DNA of 64,000 nucleotides, taken from positions 1,024,001-1,088,000 of the forward strand of contig CAVYXA010000001.1 in assembly GCA_963772365.1 (NCBI GenBank). Reading direction: 5' to 3'. Both the position numbers and the translations under genes were made by a program. The stretch is from an uncultured Verrucomicrobiae bacterium (GTDB lineage Bacteria; Verrucomicrobiota; Verrucomicrobiia; Chthoniobacterales; UBA10450). Each line of letters begins with the position of its first letter. The stretch's first letter is position 1. Shown here piece by piece: positions 1-10,552 of this stretch. The notes below the pieces were generated by a model. It worked only from the letters and a program-made list of their open reading frames with translations. It did no database searches and was not told where the DNA came from.

Positions 1-548
1 AGCAATGCATCCGGCCGGGAGCGCGAGACCAGCCAGCCGTTGGCGAGATAATTCCGATCCGCAAAAACCTCATAAGCGATTTGCAAGCCGTGAACCAGCC
101 CTGCGCGCGCCATTGCGCTTTTGTCTGGCGCAAACAGAATCAATTTCGGATCGACAGATTTCGTAGCGCGGACGATTGCGTCCGCCAACTTCTCATCGCG
201 GACCGCCATGTTATACAGCGCGCCATGCGCCTTCACATGATTGACCTCGACTCCGGCGGCGGTTGCGATCGCTTGAAACACGCCGAGCTGATAAACGACT
301 GCGTCGAAAACTTCCTCGGGACTAACGTTCAACTCTTTGCGTCCGAAGTTTTCGCGGTCGAAAAAACTTGGATGCGCACCGACGGCGACACCGTGTGCTT
401 TCGCCGCCATGACAGCAGCGTGCATGGTATCGGCGTCGCCGGCGTGAAAACCAGTTGCCACGTTTGCCGAGCTGATCAGCTCGAAGAGTTCCTCATCGTG
501 TCCCGCGCCTTCGCCGAGATCGGCATTGAGATCGACATGCAAACTCAT
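1..548 (-). CDS. pxpA: 5-oxoprolinase subunit A (LamB/YcsF family), runs off the window start
   Basis: Manual translation from ATG 548: MSLHVDLNADLGEGAGHDEELFELISSANVATGFHAGD...HVKAHGALYN, the LamB/YcsF signature. ATGA overlap with pxpC stop. Confidence 0.92.
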   Translation of the reverse strand, partial: MSLHVDLNADLGEGAGHDEELFELISSANVATGFHAGDADTMHAAVMAAKAHGVAVGAHPSFFDRENFGRKELNVSPEEVFDAVVYQLGVFQAIATAAGVEVNHVKAHGALYNMAVRDEKLADAIVRATKSVDPKLILFAPDKSAMARAGLVHGLQIAYEVFADRNYLANGWLVSRSRPDAL

Positions 549-1522
549 AAAGGGCGCAGGCTGAGCCCGACTCGAAACCGTTCCAGTTCGCGTTCTCTCT
601 TGATCAGCAATCCGTGCGATTCTGCGAGAGAGATCTCGCGAAACGTGACTTTATCGCCGCCCCGAAGCTGCGCAGCCTGAGGAAGATCGACAGTGATCAC
701 GTGCGCGATTTTGGGATAACCGCCGATCGTTTGGCAATCTCCAAGCAACAGAATTGGTTTTCCGCTCGGCGGCACCTGGATTGTGCCCGGCGCCACCGCT
801 TCGGAAATAAGATCGACATCGTCCTTACGCTTCAATTCCACTCCGTCCAATCTTGCGCCCATTCGATCGGACTCTGTCGTAACTGTGAAAGCCTGATTCG
901 TGAATCGTTGCATCGTTGCATCGTTGCATCGGAACCAATCTGCGCCACGAATGAAACGCAAATTCGGTGTGGTCCGTGCCGGACTCACCCATTCATGCGG
1001 CGCGCTCCATGGCGAAATTCTTTCTGTAGTCCCGACGTCTCGGGACGATCGTCGCCGTCTGGCTAACGGAATTTCGTCGCCATCGCGTAATATGCGGCCA
1101 TTAAACCCACCGAACCCGGCCCGGAGATCAGTCGATCGGCTCCCGAGAATTAGTGGCACATCGATCCCACCAGAGATGGCCACCCAGCATCGACAACCGA
1201 CTTCCGCATGCTGAAATTTCATTTCATCACGGGCGCTTACATGCGCGGCGTGTCCGGCCGGGAGTGACGTGGATCCTAATCGCACATCGAATTCGCCGCC
1301 GCACCAGGCGACAATCCGCTTATCTGCGAAGCGCAGTTGTAAACCGCCTAACGTAATTTCAAGCCCAGCGGCCGACTCATCGTTGCCGACGAGAAGATTT
1401 GCGATGCGCAGCGCAAATGGATCGAGCGCGCCACTGGTCGATACGCCGAATCGCCGAAAACCTGTTCTCCCAAGATCCTGAACGCTGGTCAGGAATCCAG
1501 CGCGCAAAATGGTTGCGCTCAT
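545..1522 (-). CDS. pxpC: 5-oxoprolinase subunit C (biotin-dependent carboxyltransferase-like, AHS2)
   Basis: TSVQDLGR, SDRMGARL, GTIQVP, QTIGGYPKIA motifs; operon with pxpA and pxpB. Confidence 0.92.
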   Translation of the reverse strand: MSATILRAGFLTSVQDLGRTGFRRFGVSTSGALDPFALRIANLLVGNDESAAGLEITLGGLQLRFADKRIVAWCGGEFDVRLGSTSLPAGHAAHVSARDEMKFQHAEVGCRCWVAISGGIDVPLILGSRSTDLRAGFGGFNGRILRDGDEIPLARRRRSSRDVGTTERISPWSAPHEWVSPARTTPNLRFIRGADWFRCNDATMQRFTNQAFTVTTESDRMGARLDGVELKRKDDVDLISEAVAPGTIQVPPSGKPILLLGDCQTIGGYPKIAHVITVDLPQAAQLRGGDKVTFREISLAESHGLLIKRERELERFRVGLSLRPL

Positions 1523-2235
1523 TTCGACAATGCAACGAATTCGTCGCGGGTGATTGACCGGATTCGGACGCGATCGCCTGCCTGCAAAAGCGTTGGCGGA
1601 TCTTTTTGCGGATCAAACAGCCTCAATGGCGTCCGGCCAATCAAATTCCAGCCGCCCGGAGAACGGAGAGGATAGATTCCGGTTTGCGCGCCTCCGATTC
1701 CCACCGAGCCGGCTGGAATTTCCTTCCGCGGTGTCGCCCTGCGCGGCGTGGCCAGTTTGCCCGGCATTCCCGAAAGGAACGGAAAACCTGGCGTGAAACC
1801 GATGCAGCTCACTCGATATTCAGCCGCGCTGTGGAGATCGACAATTTCTATTACCGACAATCCTGTTTGCCGCGCCACGTCAGATAGATCGAATCCAAAC
1901 TCCGGATCGTAACAGACCGGGATTTCGACTACGCGCTCGGTGAGACGCAGATTCGAGCCGGGGTCAGCGCCGGCGGCTACAGCGGCTTGAATTTGTTGAG
2001 CAAGTCGATCAAGGATGTGGGTCTCTTCTCCATTGCTGTCTGCCACGCTGACCGGATAAAAGAAAACGGCAACCGTGGTGTAAGCTGGCGCCAGCTCAAT
2101 CACTCCGGGAATTCGAGCCGCTTCCAACCGGCGAAATACGCGCAGGACCTCCCTAGCTGTTTCATCAGGCGCATCGTCAAATCGATCCCGCACCCGCAGG
2201 ATCAAAGCCGAATCTCCAAGCGGTGCAATGTCCAT
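1519..2235 (-). CDS. pxpB: 5-oxoprolinase subunit B (AHS1/KipI-like)
   Basis: PLGDSA, IPVCY, GFTPGFPFL, SPGGWNLIGRT motifs. Confidence 0.92.
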   Translation of the reverse strand: MDIAPLGDSALILRVRDRFDDAPDETAREVLRVFRRLEAARIPGVIELAPAYTTVAVFFYPVSVADSNGEETHILDRLAQQIQAAVAAGADPGSNLRLTERVVEIPVCYDPEFGFDLSDVARQTGLSVIEIVDLHSAAEYRVSCIGFTPGFPFLSGMPGKLATPRRATPRKEIPAGSVGIGGAQTGIYPLRSPGGWNLIGRTPLRLFDPQKDPPTLLQAGDRVRIRSITRDEFVALSK

Positions 2236-2247
2236 CGCGCTATCCTC

Positions 2248-2805
2248 TCATGTTGAGGAACGGGACGCGCCCAGTGTTTTTAAAAGAGGAGTGCGCGACA
2301 GAGGCAATCTCCCGAACAGATTGCCCAGGGCAAAAGCGGGATCGCTCTTGAGCTTTTTCACGTCGTGCACGCCGGCGATGCGAGCCAGTTCGGTTTCAAA
2401 ATGCGAGACCGCGCGGAGAGTTGGATCGTTCCCGTCGAGATAACCGAACGCGCGTCGCAGAAGATCGAACAGCTCCGGCTCATGATGATCGCGCTCGGTG
2501 CAAATCTCGATCAGTTCGACAAAGTACGCCGCGGTCTGTGTTCGTGAGTAGTTTTGCCGAATGCCGCCAAATGGATTTTTAAGAATTACTTCAGTCAGCG
2601 TATGCAATGTCGATCTTCGGCTCCGTGCGATTTGGATTTCTGTTTCGAAAAAAAGGTCGAGCTTCCCGGCGAACTGGCTTTTGGCCCGACGGGCCCCTTT
2701 GGCAACGGTTTGAATGCAGCCGAGTGATTCTGTGCACCAGGAGACGATCAGGCTGGTATCGCTAAACTTCCGTCTGCGTAACAGAATTGCCGCGCTGCTT
2801 TCCAC
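2248..2805 (-). CDS. recO: DNA repair protein RecO (short form)
   Basis: AILLRRRKFSDTSLIV...VAKGARRAKS...GKLDLF N-terminal OB-fold pattern. Confidence 0.88.
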   Translation of the reverse strand: MESSAAILLRRRKFSDTSLIVSWCTESLGCIQTVAKGARRAKSQFAGKLDLFFETEIQIARSRRSTLHTLTEVILKNPFGGIRQNYSRTQTAAYFVELIEICTERDHHEPELFDLLRRAFGYLDGNDPTLRAVSHFETELARIAGVHDVKKLKSDPAFALGNLFGRLPLSRTPLLKTLGASRSST

Positions 2806-2859
2806 ATGAATTCATAGCGCGAGACTTTGCGGGAGGCGAACTTCCACACAGATTTCGGC

Positions 2860-4158
2860 ATGTCATCGAGAACGACCGAAACCGCGCGTGTGCCGGAAGA
2901 CCTCAGTGGCCGGCTGCGACGTATGCCCGTCGGCGGCGTAAGCTGGCGACACACTTTTCGCGCGCTCCGACATCGCAATTACCGCCTCTTCTTCTGGGGC
3001 CAGCTCGTCTCGCTCATCGGCACTTGGATGCAACAAACAGCGATGAGCTGGTACGTGTACGAGATCACGAATTCAAAACTTTTACTGGGCACCGTCGCAG
3101 CTGTGGGTTCGGCGCCGATGATGCTGTTTTCAATCTGGGGCGGCTCACTGGCCGATCTTTATCCGAAACGCTCGATTCTCTTGATCACACAGAGCGCGCA
3201 AATGGCTTGCGCGTTCTTACTCGCCGCCGGCGCATGGGCCGGATTCGCGACGCCGCTTTTTATCATGGTCATCGCGGCTTTGAACGGAATCGCAATGGGA
3301 TTCGATATGCCGGCGCGTCAGGCGTTCACCGTCGAAATGACCAGCCGCGAAGATTTGCTCAACGCGATTTCGCTCAATAGCTCGATCGTTAACGGCGCCC
3401 GCGTTGTCGGGCCGTCGATTGCCGGTTTGCTGATTGGCGCAGTGGGCGTGGCTATGTGTTTTTTCCTCAATGGGGTAACGTTTATTGCAGTGATTGCCGG
3501 GCTGATCATGATGCGATTGCCGCCTTTTCATCAACCCAGCCGGCATGTCTCGGCCGGGGAACACGCCTGGAACGGTATTGTGTATTCCGCGAAACACCCT
3601 CGGGTCCGGACGATACTTTTGCTGTTTCTTGCAGTCGGTGTGTTTGGCTGGTCGTACGCGGTGCTGATGCCTGCCTTTGCAAAAGATGTTCTCAATCGTG
3701 GAGCCAACGGCTACGGAATTTTAATGTCGGCAAGCGGGACAGGCGCGCTTATCGGTGCCCTCGTGGTCGCGACATGGGGCCACTTGATTGCGCCAAGAAA
3801 ACTTGCCCTCGGCGGTGTCTGGGTTTTTTCGGCGGCCTTACTCGCAATTTCGTTCACGCGAAGTTTTTCTTTGTCGCTAGTGTTCCTCTGTATTGCCGGA
3901 TTCGGCATGCTCCTATTTTTTTCAACTTCAAACACCGTTCTCCAAACGATCGTCCCCGACGAAATGCGCGGGCGCGTGATGGGGATTTGGTCGCTCGTGT
4001 TTGGCGCGATGATTCCATTCGGGAGTTTGGAAGCCGGCACCGTCGCTAATTGGATCGGAACGCCGTTCGCACTTGGTTTGGGCGGCATTGTCTGCGCCGC
4101 GTCTGCCGTGGTAACGCTCGTTATGATCCGACGCCGTGAAACCGCGAAGGCTCAGTAG
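2860..4158 (+). CDS. MFS transporter (MFS_3/EntS-like)
   Basis: ~12 hydrophobic segments; FRALRHRNYRLFFWGQLVSLIGTWMQ and DEMRGRVMG motifs. Confidence 0.9.
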   Translation: MSSRTTETARVPEDLSGRLRRMPVGGVSWRHTFRALRHRNYRLFFWGQLVSLIGTWMQQTAMSWYVYEITNSKLLLGTVAAVGSAPMMLFSIWGGSLADLYPKRSILLITQSAQMACAFLLAAGAWAGFATPLFIMVIAALNGIAMGFDMPARQAFTVEMTSREDLLNAISLNSSIVNGARVVGPSIAGLLIGAVGVAMCFFLNGVTFIAVIAGLIMMRLPPFHQPSRHVSAGEHAWNGIVYSAKHPRVRTILLLFLAVGVFGWSYAVLMPAFAKDVLNRGANGYGILMSASGTGALIGALVVATWGHLIAPRKLALGGVWVFSAALLAISFTRSFSLSLVFLCIAGFGMLLFFSTSNTVLQTIVPDEMRGRVMGIWSLVFGAMIPFGSLEAGTVANWIGTPFALGLGGIVCAASAVVTLVMIRRRETAKAQ

Positions 4159-5565
4159 TCAACGATTGACTATGTGAAGCGCTCGTTTCTCCACGTTCAG
4201 CGCCGCTTCTTTCACTGCTTCACTTAAGGTCGGATGCGAATGACAGGTGCGACCTAGATCTTCCGAGCTTCCGCCAAATTCCATCACCGACGCGGCTTCC
4301 GCGATTAGTTCCGAGGCCACGTGTTGCAAAATGTGGGCTCCGAGAATTCGATCCGTCTTCGCGTCGGCGACAAATTTGACCATTCCATCGACATCTTCGT
4401 TCGCCAACGCGCGGCCATTCGCGCGAAATGGAAATTTCCCAATCCGCACGTCGAGACCTTTTTCTTTGGCCTGATCTTCCGTGATCCCGACGCCCGCCAG
4501 CTCGGGATTTGTGTAAATGATTCCAGGGATCACGTCGTAGTTAATGTGACCTGCTTTGCCCGCGATGATCTCGACGCAGGCAATCCCTTCATCTTCAGCT
4601 TTATGCGCCAGCATTGGCCCCGCGACGACATCGCCAATCGCGTAAATGCCCTCGACATTCGTGCGGAAATTCTTGTCGATCTTGATTCGTTTCTTCTCGT
4701 CAAATTCGACCCCGACCTTTTCCGCGCCCAGGCCCTCCGAAAATGGTTTGCGACCGACTGAGACGAGCACCTTATCGGCATCGAACTTCATTTCTTCGCC
4801 GCCTTTTGTCGCGGTCGCGATCACTTTGCCGTTGTCGATCTTCACGTCGCTGACTTTGGTTTCGAGATGAAACGTCATTCCTTGCGCGGCAAGTGACCGT
4901 TGAAGCAGGTTCGATAATTCAAGATCGAACCCGACCGCGATCCGCGCCAGAAATTCGAGCATTGTCACTTCTGAACCGAGCCGGTTCCAGACGGAGCCTA
5001 ATTCGAGACCAATCGCACCCGCGCCGATCACGAGAAATTTTTTCGGAGGCTCCGTAAAACAAAGCGCCTCCGTGCTGCTCACGATTTTGTCGCTGTCGAA
5101 TTTCGCGAAGGGCAATTCGACCGGAACGCTACCCGTCGCGATCACGATATTTTTCGTCTCGATCTCCTGAATTTCGCCCTTCGATGATTTCACCGAAACT
5201 TTGCAGGGAGCGGTGATTGTGCCCAACCCTTCGAACGTGGTCACCTTGTTCGTCTTCATCAATGCGCGCACGCCACCGGTGAGCGTCTTCACGACTTTTT
5301 CTTTGCGCGCTTGCATCTTGCCAAGATCAAGATCGACATCGCCGACTTTGATCCCGTGTTTCTCCGCTTCCTTTTTCACGAAAACGAAATGATCGCTCGA
5401 CGTGAGCAAGGCCTTGCTCGGAATACAACCGACGTTGAGACAAGTACCGCCCAGTTCCTTGTCCTTCTCGACAATCGCGGTTTTCAGGCCGAGCTGCCCA
5501 GCGCGGATCGCAGCCACATAGCCCCCCGGCCCGGAACCGATGATTACGACATCAAATTTGTCCAT
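4159..5565 (-). CDS. lpdA: Dihydrolipoyl dehydrogenase (E3)
   Basis: GSGPGGY, GGTCLNVGCIPSK redox disulfide, HSHPTLSE. Confidence 0.97.
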   Translation of the reverse strand: MDKFDVVIIGSGPGGYVAAIRAGQLGLKTAIVEKDKELGGTCLNVGCIPSKALLTSSDHFVFVKKEAEKHGIKVGDVDLDLGKMQARKEKVVKTLTGGVRALMKTNKVTTFEGLGTITAPCKVSVKSSKGEIQEIETKNIVIATGSVPVELPFAKFDSDKIVSSTEALCFTEPPKKFLVIGAGAIGLELGSVWNRLGSEVTMLEFLARIAVGFDLELSNLLQRSLAAQGMTFHLETKVSDVKIDNGKVIATATKGGEEMKFDADKVLVSVGRKPFSEGLGAEKVGVEFDEKKRIKIDKNFRTNVEGIYAIGDVVAGPMLAHKAEDEGIACVEIIAGKAGHINYDVIPGIIYTNPELAGVGITEDQAKEKGLDVRIGKFPFRANGRALANEDVDGMVKFVADAKTDRILGAHILQHVASELIAEAASVMEFGGSSEDLGRTCHSHPTLSEAVKEAALNVEKRALHIVNR

Positions 5566-5574
5566 ATTTTACTC

Positions 5575-5709
5575 TGTCATTCTGAGCACAGCGAAGAATC
5601 TCGAAACATTCGGGCTTTCCTACACCCAAGACGAATGATCGGAGATGTTTCGCTTCGCTCAACATGACAATCATCTCACCTTGTCATTCTGAGCAACGCG
5701 AAGAATCTC
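5575..5709. repeat. REP-like family A inverted pair (5575-5669) plus a lone arm (5682-5709)
   Basis: tgtcattctgagc...gaagaatctc / gagatgtttcgcttcgctcaacatgaca arms, repeated at many intergenic sites. Confidence 0.85.
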
Positions 5710-5734
5710 AAATCATTTTTTGGGAACGACTGGA

Positions 5735-7021
5735 TTAAAAATCGAGCGGCAACTTCGTTGGGTCCTCGATACATTCCTTCACTTCCACGAGAAACGTGAC
5801 GGATTCCTTGCCATCGATGGCGCGATGATCGTAGCTGAGCGCGAGATACATCATCGGGCGGACCTCAACTTTCCCGTCGATTGCGACCGGGCGCGGCATG
5901 ATCTTGTGCATGCCCAAAATCCCACTTTGTGGCGGATTGAGAATCGGGGTGGCGAAGAGTGAGCCGAAAACTCCACCGTTAGTGATGGTAAATGTCCCGC
6001 CTTGCAGTTCTTCAATCTTCAATTTTCCCTCACGCGCCCTCGTCGCGAATCCGGCGATGTCGCGCTCTAATTCGGCGAAACTTTTCTTGTCGGCGTCGCG
6101 CACGACCGGGACGACGAGGCCGCGTTCGGTGCTCACGGCGATTCCAATATCGTAAAATTTGTTCTGGATAAAATCGCCATCTTCGATCCGGCCATTTACC
6201 GGCGGCACGGATTTGAGCGCTTCGATGGCGGCTTTGATGAAGAACGACATGAAACCGAGTTTTACGCCGTTCTTTTTGGTAAACGCTTCCTGTGATTCAG
6301 CGCGCAACTTCTGAACCGCACTCATATCGCATTCATTAAAGGTCGTAAGAGTCGCGGTCGTTTGCTGCGACATCACCAGTTGTTCCGCGATTTTGCGGCG
6401 CAACGGTGACATCTTTTTGCGCGTAAATCGGCCACCGCTCGATACAGGGGCGGCGGCAGGAAAGCTGTCAGCTTCCCCAACAGGCTTTTCTGCCGACCGA
6501 GAAAGAGACTGTCGATCCTCAGTGGCGGCGAGCACGTCGCCCTTGGTCAAGCGACCCCCTTTTCCGGTACCGGAAATTTTCCCGGGTACTAGATCCTTTT
6601 CCTCGACAATCCGTCGAACCGCGGGCGACAAATCTTTTTCCGGCACCGCCGCCTCTTTTGCCTTCTCTGCTTTCTTCTCAACCGCAGCTTGTTGTTTTTT
6701 CGCTTCCGCTTCTTCCTTTGCTTCTTTCTTCTCAGGCTCTGTCTTTTTCTCTGCCGGCTTCGTTTCTCTGTCCTGAGGTCCCGACTTCGAATCGTCAATC
6801 GTGGCCACTACTTCGCCGATTTTTACTTCCTGGCCTTCCGGCACTTTCGTTTCGAGCAAACCGGCCTTCTCCGCCACAATTTCCGTGGAGACTTTGTCGG
6901 TCTCCAAAGTGAAGAGCGGCTCGCCTTCGTTGACAAAATCTCCGGACTTCTTGTGCCATGTTGTGACGACACCGCTGGTGATCGATTCACCGACAGCTGG
7001 TATTTTTACTTCAATGGCCAT
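5735..7021 (-). CDS. sucB: Dihydrolipoyllysine-residue succinyltransferase (E2)
   Basis: Start set at MAIEVKIP; lipoyl motif ETDKV, E3-binding [13 protein letters not shown], catalytic YDHRAIDG. Confidence 0.95.
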   Translation of the reverse strand: MAIEVKIPAVGESITSGVVTTWHKKSGDFVNEGEPLFTLETDKVSTEIVAEKAGLLETKVPEGQEVKIGEVVATIDDSKSGPQDRETKPAEKKTEPEKKEAKEEAEAKKQQAAVEKKAEKAKEAAVPEKDLSPAVRRIVEEKDLVPGKISGTGKGGRLTKGDVLAATEDRQSLSRSAEKPVGEADSFPAAAPVSSGGRFTRKKMSPLRRKIAEQLVMSQQTTATLTTFNECDMSAVQKLRAESQEAFTKKNGVKLGFMSFFIKAAIEALKSVPPVNGRIEDGDFIQNKFYDIGIAVSTERGLVVPVVRDADKKSFAELERDIAGFATRAREGKLKIEELQGGTFTITNGGVFGSLFATPILNPPQSGILGMHKIMPRPVAIDGKVEVRPMMYLALSYDHRAIDGKESVTFLVEVKECIEDPTKLPLDF

Positions 7022-7077
7022 CGCCTGATGAGCGTCGCGGGAGGAAGCTCGTTCGTCAACAGCCCAGGGTGGCAGAT

Positions 7078-9828
7078 TCAGATTGAGAACGCGTCCGTAA
7101 CCAAACGCTTTTGTTCGCGTTTGTGCGTCGTCAATGCGCCAACTGCCGGGCTCGCGCTGGCATCGCGACCTGCATAGGCAATCTCGCGGCAAAACATCGT
7201 GCGTAATCTCGGCTCGATGAATGTCCAGGCCCCCACGTTCTGCGATTCTTCCTGACACCACACGAGTTTCACTCCCTTGGGAAACCCCTTCATCAATTGG
7301 CGCAGCTTCTCTTCTTCGAACGGATAAAGCTGCTCGATTCGAATGATCATTGCGTTGTCGATCTTCTTTTCGTCACGGTGACGCAGCAGATCGTAATAAA
7401 CTTTGCCTGAGCAGAAGATGACGCGCTTGATCTTGCTCGAGGTCCCGACCTCGGGCGAGCTGAGAATTTCTTCAAATCGCCCGCAGGTAAATTCCTCTGC
7501 GCGCGACGAAGCAACCTTTGCCCGCAACAGACTTTTCGGCGTCATAATGATCAGTGGCTTAACGAATGGCCGTTTCATCTGGCGTCGCAGGACGTGAAAG
7601 TATTGCGCGGCAGTAGTCAGATTACAGACCTGCATGTTGTCCTCCGCGCAAAGCTGGAGAAAACGCTCGAGCCGCCCGCTGGAATGTTCCGGGCCCTGCC
7701 CTTCATAACCGTGCGGAAGGAGCATTACGATGCCACTTGGCCGTTGCCACTTCGATTCCGCCGACGCGATGAATTGATCGATGATCGTCTGCGCCCCGTT
7801 AGCAAAGTCGCCAAACTGCGCTTCCCAGAGACAGAGCAGGTTTGGATAATCGAGCGAGTATCCGTAATCGAAACCGAGCACGGCCGCTTCCGATAACGGA
7901 CTGTTGTAAATACAAATCCGCGCCTGCTTTTCAGCCAGATGCATGAGCGGCACGTATGGCTTGCCGGTTCGAGCGTCGTACAAAATCGAATGCCGCGTGC
8001 TGAATGTCCCACGTGAACTGTCCTGGCCAGACAATCGAATCGGCGTCCCTTCCAGCAGCAGCGATCCAAATGCGAGTGCCTCGGCGTAATGCCATTCGTA
8101 CGGACCGCCATCTTCGAAGACTTTGCGCTGATGATCCAGAACGATTCGTTTAATTTTCGGCTGGACTTCAAATCCTTCCGACACACGGGTCAGACCATCG
8201 ACAATTGTCTTGAGCGTCTCGTCACTGATTGCGGTCGGCTCCGATTCACTGGTGTAAGGCGGTTGGAAAATCGCAGTCGATTCATTGAATTTCGCTTTAG
8301 CCGTTCCTTTCCGCTTCTCAATTGCTTTCACTTCGTCCCGGGCCATTTCCAGCCGAAGATCGAATTCTGTTTCGAGCGAAGCGGCGTCGTCCTCGCTTAA
8401 CGTTCCGGCCTCGAGCAACTCGCGTTTATAAAGCTGCGTGACTGATGGATGCTTTTCAATCTTCGCGTAAAGATAGGGCTGAGTGAACGAAGGCTCGTCG
8501 CCCTCATTGTGGCCGTAGCGGCGATAGCAGTACATGTCGATGACAACGTCGCGTCCGAACTCCTGGCGGAAATCCAACGCCAGATCCGTAACGAATTTCA
8601 CGGCCAGCGGATCGTCGCCGTTCACGTGGAAAATGGGCGCCTCGATTATTTTTGCGATGTCTGTTGCGTACATCGACGAACGTGCGTCTTTCGGAAGCGT
8701 GGTGAATCCGATCTGATTATTGACCACGATGTGAAGAGTCCCGCCGGTGCAGTAGCCGGGCAGTTGTGAAAGATTAAGCGTTTCGGCGACAATTCCCTGC
8801 GCGATAAATGCCGCATCTCCATGCACTAAAAGCGGCAAGACTTTGCGCCGATGCTCGGTGTCTTCGCGAATGCGCTGCCGGGCTCGCGTTTTACCTTCCA
8901 CAACAGGATCGACAGCTTCCAGGTGGCTCGGATTAGCCGAAAGACGAATCTCGACCTCAGCGCCGGAAGCGAGTTTGCGCACGGTGTGATAACCCAGATG
9001 ATATTTCACATCGCCATCGCCGGCCACGAGCTCAGGGACATAATTTTCGCTGAACTCGGTGAAGATGACCTTGAGCGATTTGCGCAGGAAATTCGCGAGA
9101 ACATTGAGCCGGCCGCGGTGGGCCATTCCCATTGAGATTTCCTCGATGCCACGATCCGGACATCGATGCAGAATCGTGTCGAGAATCACCATGAGCGATT
9201 CCGCGCCTTGCAGCGAAAACCGTTTTTGCCCGACGTAACGCGTGTGCAGGAATGTTTCGAACGACTCCGCCTCCATCAGCGCCCGCAAAAGCGCGACCTG
9301 GACTGCGTGCGCAGTCGACCGTTTTTCCGGGCGAGTCTCCAATCGTCGCCGGATCCATTCGCGAACCCGCGCGTCCTGAATGTGCATGAATTCGGAGCCG
9401 ATGGAATCAGCATAAATTCGCTCCAAGCCGGCGATCATCTCCCGCAACGTCATTTGCCGATTATCGAAGAAGAATTTCGAAGAAACGCGGAGATCAAGGT
9501 CGGCTTCGCTGAACCCCAACTCTGGCAGGGTAAGCAAAGAATTTTCCGGCCGGGTCTCTGCTAAGGGATCAATTCGCGCAATCGTGTGCCCAAGCGTGCA
9601 ATAGGTGTAAACCAAACCATCGACACGCGTCTGCAATGCAACTTCGTGGGCTTGCGCCGTCTCCGCTACAGCCGCGCCATTGCGCTGCGGCAGATTCCCA
9701 AGCTCAAACCCTTCAAAAAACGCCGACCAACTCGAATCGACCGAGGCCGGGTCTTCCTGCCAACGCCGATAATTTTCCTCGATCAAATCCAGATTCGCCC
9801 GCGTGTCGATGGTTGTGCGCATGTCCAA
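7078..9828 (-). CDS. sucA: 2-oxoglutarate dehydrogenase E1
   Basis: [43 protein letters not shown]. Confidence 0.97.
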   Translation of the reverse strand: MDMRTTIDTRANLDLIEENYRRWQEDPASVDSSWSAFFEGFELGNLPQRNGAAVAETAQAHEVALQTRVDGLVYTYCTLGHTIARIDPLAETRPENSLLTLPELGFSEADLDLRVSSKFFFDNRQMTLREMIAGLERIYADSIGSEFMHIQDARVREWIRRRLETRPEKRSTAHAVQVALLRALMEAESFETFLHTRYVGQKRFSLQGAESLMVILDTILHRCPDRGIEEISMGMAHRGRLNVLANFLRKSLKVIFTEFSENYVPELVAGDGDVKYHLGYHTVRKLASGAEVEIRLSANPSHLEAVDPVVEGKTRARQRIREDTEHRRKVLPLLVHGDAAFIAQGIVAETLNLSQLPGYCTGGTLHIVVNNQIGFTTLPKDARSSMYATDIAKIIEAPIFHVNGDDPLAVKFVTDLALDFRQEFGRDVVIDMYCYRRYGHNEGDEPSFTQPYLYAKIEKHPSVTQLYKRELLEAGTLSEDDAASLETEFDLRLEMARDEVKAIEKRKGTAKAKFNESTAIFQPPYTSESEPTAISDETLKTIVDGLTRVSEGFEVQPKIKRIVLDHQRKVFEDGGPYEWHYAEALAFGSLLLEGTPIRLSGQDSSRGTFSTRHSILYDARTGKPYVPLMHLAEKQARICIYNSPLSEAAVLGFDYGYSLDYPNLLCLWEAQFGDFANGAQTIIDQFIASAESKWQRPSGIVMLLPHGYEGQGPEHSSGRLERFLQLCAEDNMQVCNLTTAAQYFHVLRRQMKRPFVKPLIIMTPKSLLRAKVASSRAEEFTCGRFEEILSSPEVGTSSKIKRVIFCSGKVYYDLLRHRDEKKIDNAMIIRIEQLYPFEEEKLRQLMKGFPKGVKLVWCQEESQNVGAWTFIEPRLRTMFCREIAYAGRDASASPAVGALTTHKREQKRLVTDAFSI

Positions 9829-9890
9829 GATTAATCTGCAACCATTGATCGACGCGGCAAGTCCAAGCGCTAGCCTGCGGGCATTTCAAT

Positions 9891-10012
9891 TGTCATTCTG
9901 AGCGAAGCGAAGAATCTCAAATCGTTTAGTTTCGACCCGTCGAAGAAATGATCAGAGATGTTTCGCTTCGCTCAATTCGCCACAGGACGAATCCGCCGTG
10001 GCGGACATGACA
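9891..10012. repeat. REP-like family A pair with a 30-bp element nested in its right arm
   Basis: Right arm ...cgctcaa|catgaca is interrupted by ttcgccacaggacgaatccgccgtggcgga (9976-10005). Confidence 0.85.
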
Positions 10013-10066
10013 GGTAGGCGGTGGCAAGTTGACAGTGTGAACGCCGCCTCGTTACTTGCAGCGCAC

Positions 10067-10552
10067 ATGACTGCCACAGAAGTGTTTGAATCCGTTACGA
10101 GCGGCGGCGCCAGTGATTTTGCCGGGGCGGTCACCATTCTAAATCGCCATAAGCTGTGGTGTTTAATTGGCGGGCTGGCCGTCAATTGTTATGCGGAACC
10201 AGTTTACACGATCGATGTCGATCTTGTCGTAATGGCGAGTAACCTGGAGCAAATTGGTCGCGAGTTTGAAGCAAGCGGATTGCAAGTGAAGCCATTCGAG
10301 GATTCAATGAACGCCCAGCGACCAGGCAGCAAGCTGAACATCCAATTTACAACCGATCCCCGCTACCAGGAGTTTCTGGCGGATGCAACGGAACGCGAAG
10401 TTCTTGGGATGCAAGTTCCCGTAGCCCGTCTGAAGGACATCATTCGCGGGAAGGTGTGGGCGTGGAAAGACGAGCTTGATCTAATTCGAATCGCGGAAGC
10501 GAATCCGGGACTGCAGCGACTGATTCCGGAAGAAATCACTAAACAGTTATGA
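10067..10552 (+). CDS. Nucleotidyltransferase-superfamily hypothetical protein
   Basis: LIGGLAVNCY...TIDVDLVV (GG...DxD) pol-beta-type NTase motif. Confidence 0.65.
   Translation: MTATEVFESVTSGGASDFAGAVTILNRHKLWCLIGGLAVNCYAEPVYTIDVDLVVMASNLEQIGREFEASGLQVKPFEDSMNAQRPGSKLNIQFTTDPRYQEFLADATEREVLGMQVPVARLKDIIRGKVWAWKDELDLIRIAEANPGLQRLIPEEITKQL

Noticed and set aside
7022..7261. Long N-terminal extensions in the ORF track (sucB here; also glnB, hldD, thioesterase, SDR, AbiEii, TMTC-like)
   Set aside because: They overlap neighbouring genes, the riboswitch or repeats; downstream starts match the family N-termini.
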